DNA from: Pseudodesulfovibrio mercurii
GTDB taxonomy: Bacteria; Desulfobacterota; Desulfovibrionia; Desulfovibrionales; Desulfovibrionaceae
Length of the DNA stretch: 32,000 bases
Assembly (NCBI RefSeq): GCF_000189295.2
Contig: NC_016803.1
Location: forward strand, 1,200,001 to 1,232,000
Direction: 5' to 3'
The notes beneath the pieces were generated by a model. The model was not told where the DNA came from. It saw only the letters and a program-made list of their open reading frames with translations, and did no database searches. Of the stretch, positions 31,999-32,000 are shown piece after piece; positions within the stretch are counted from its first letter, which is position 1, and every line of letters starts with the position of its first letter. The position numbers and the translations under genes are program-made.

Positions 31999-32000
31999 GC

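Noticed and set aside
1-32000. Search for CRISPR arrays, IS elements or transposases, integrases, phage genes, toxin-antitoxin pairs, defence-island signatures, tRNA/rRNA genes and large repeats.
   Set aside because: Nothing of this kind was recognisable by eye. There are no regularly spaced repeats, no T-loop/acceptor-like tRNA signatures in intergenic regions, and no recombinase-like ORFs. Composition appears uniform apart from short AT-enriched promoter and leader regions. A k-mer or self-dot-plot analysis would be needed to exclude dispersed repeats rigorously.

Overview
Visibly GC-rich, gene-dense chromosomal segment with about 32 protein-coding genes. I found no rRNA, tRNA, CRISPR array, transposase, integrase or phage genes. 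The protein set includes a 7Fe ferredoxin-III-type ferredoxin, a DVU0298-family-like HEAT protein, an HBM-type chemoreceptor, HypF, a MoeA-PBP fusion, an RRM RNA-binding protein and a GlcD/GlcF-fusion oxidoreductase. Together these suggest a Desulfovibrionaceae-like anaerobe (inference).

Gene order:
- Start of window: partial NYN/LOTUS protein, VOC protein.
- Minus strand: ferredoxin, YkgJ, 121-aa unknown, TPR, HEAT.
- M29 aminopeptidase, MoeA-PBP fusion.
- Minus strand: RRM protein, an unlisted 50-aa Lys-rich ORF, Csp.
- Tandem-ATPase ModF-like ABC protein.
- DUF362, HypF, DUF3298.
- Minus strand: class-V aminotransferase, SerA.
- MCP, 1173-aa FAD/Fe-S oxidoreductase, AEC transporter, PaaI thioesterase, RuvX, MltG.
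- Exported Ppx/GppA-like protein.
- Minus strand: ThiS-like, TtuA-like, GT2, RidA, ThrC-like, LepB.
- Stand-alone receiver protein.

This looks like core genome rather than an accessory island. I do not see convincing evidence for a discrete novel system such as a defence or mobile module. The observations most worth follow-up are:
1. The ThiS-like (Ala-Gly terminus) / TtuA-like / glycosyltransferase string and the adjacent RidA / ThrC-like / LepB string.
2. The ferredoxin plus YkgJ / unknown / TPR / HEAT cluster.
3. An unlisted TTG-initiated 50-aa Lys-rich ORF between the RRM and Csp genes.
4. Structured leaders upstream of the serC-like/serA operon and upstream of moeA.
5. A signal-peptide-bearing Ppx/GppA-family protein.

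The very long extra ORFs in the track (up to 1900 aa) are codon-register shadows of real genes. All start sites were chosen by eye from RBS spacing and family N-termini. No database search was possible.
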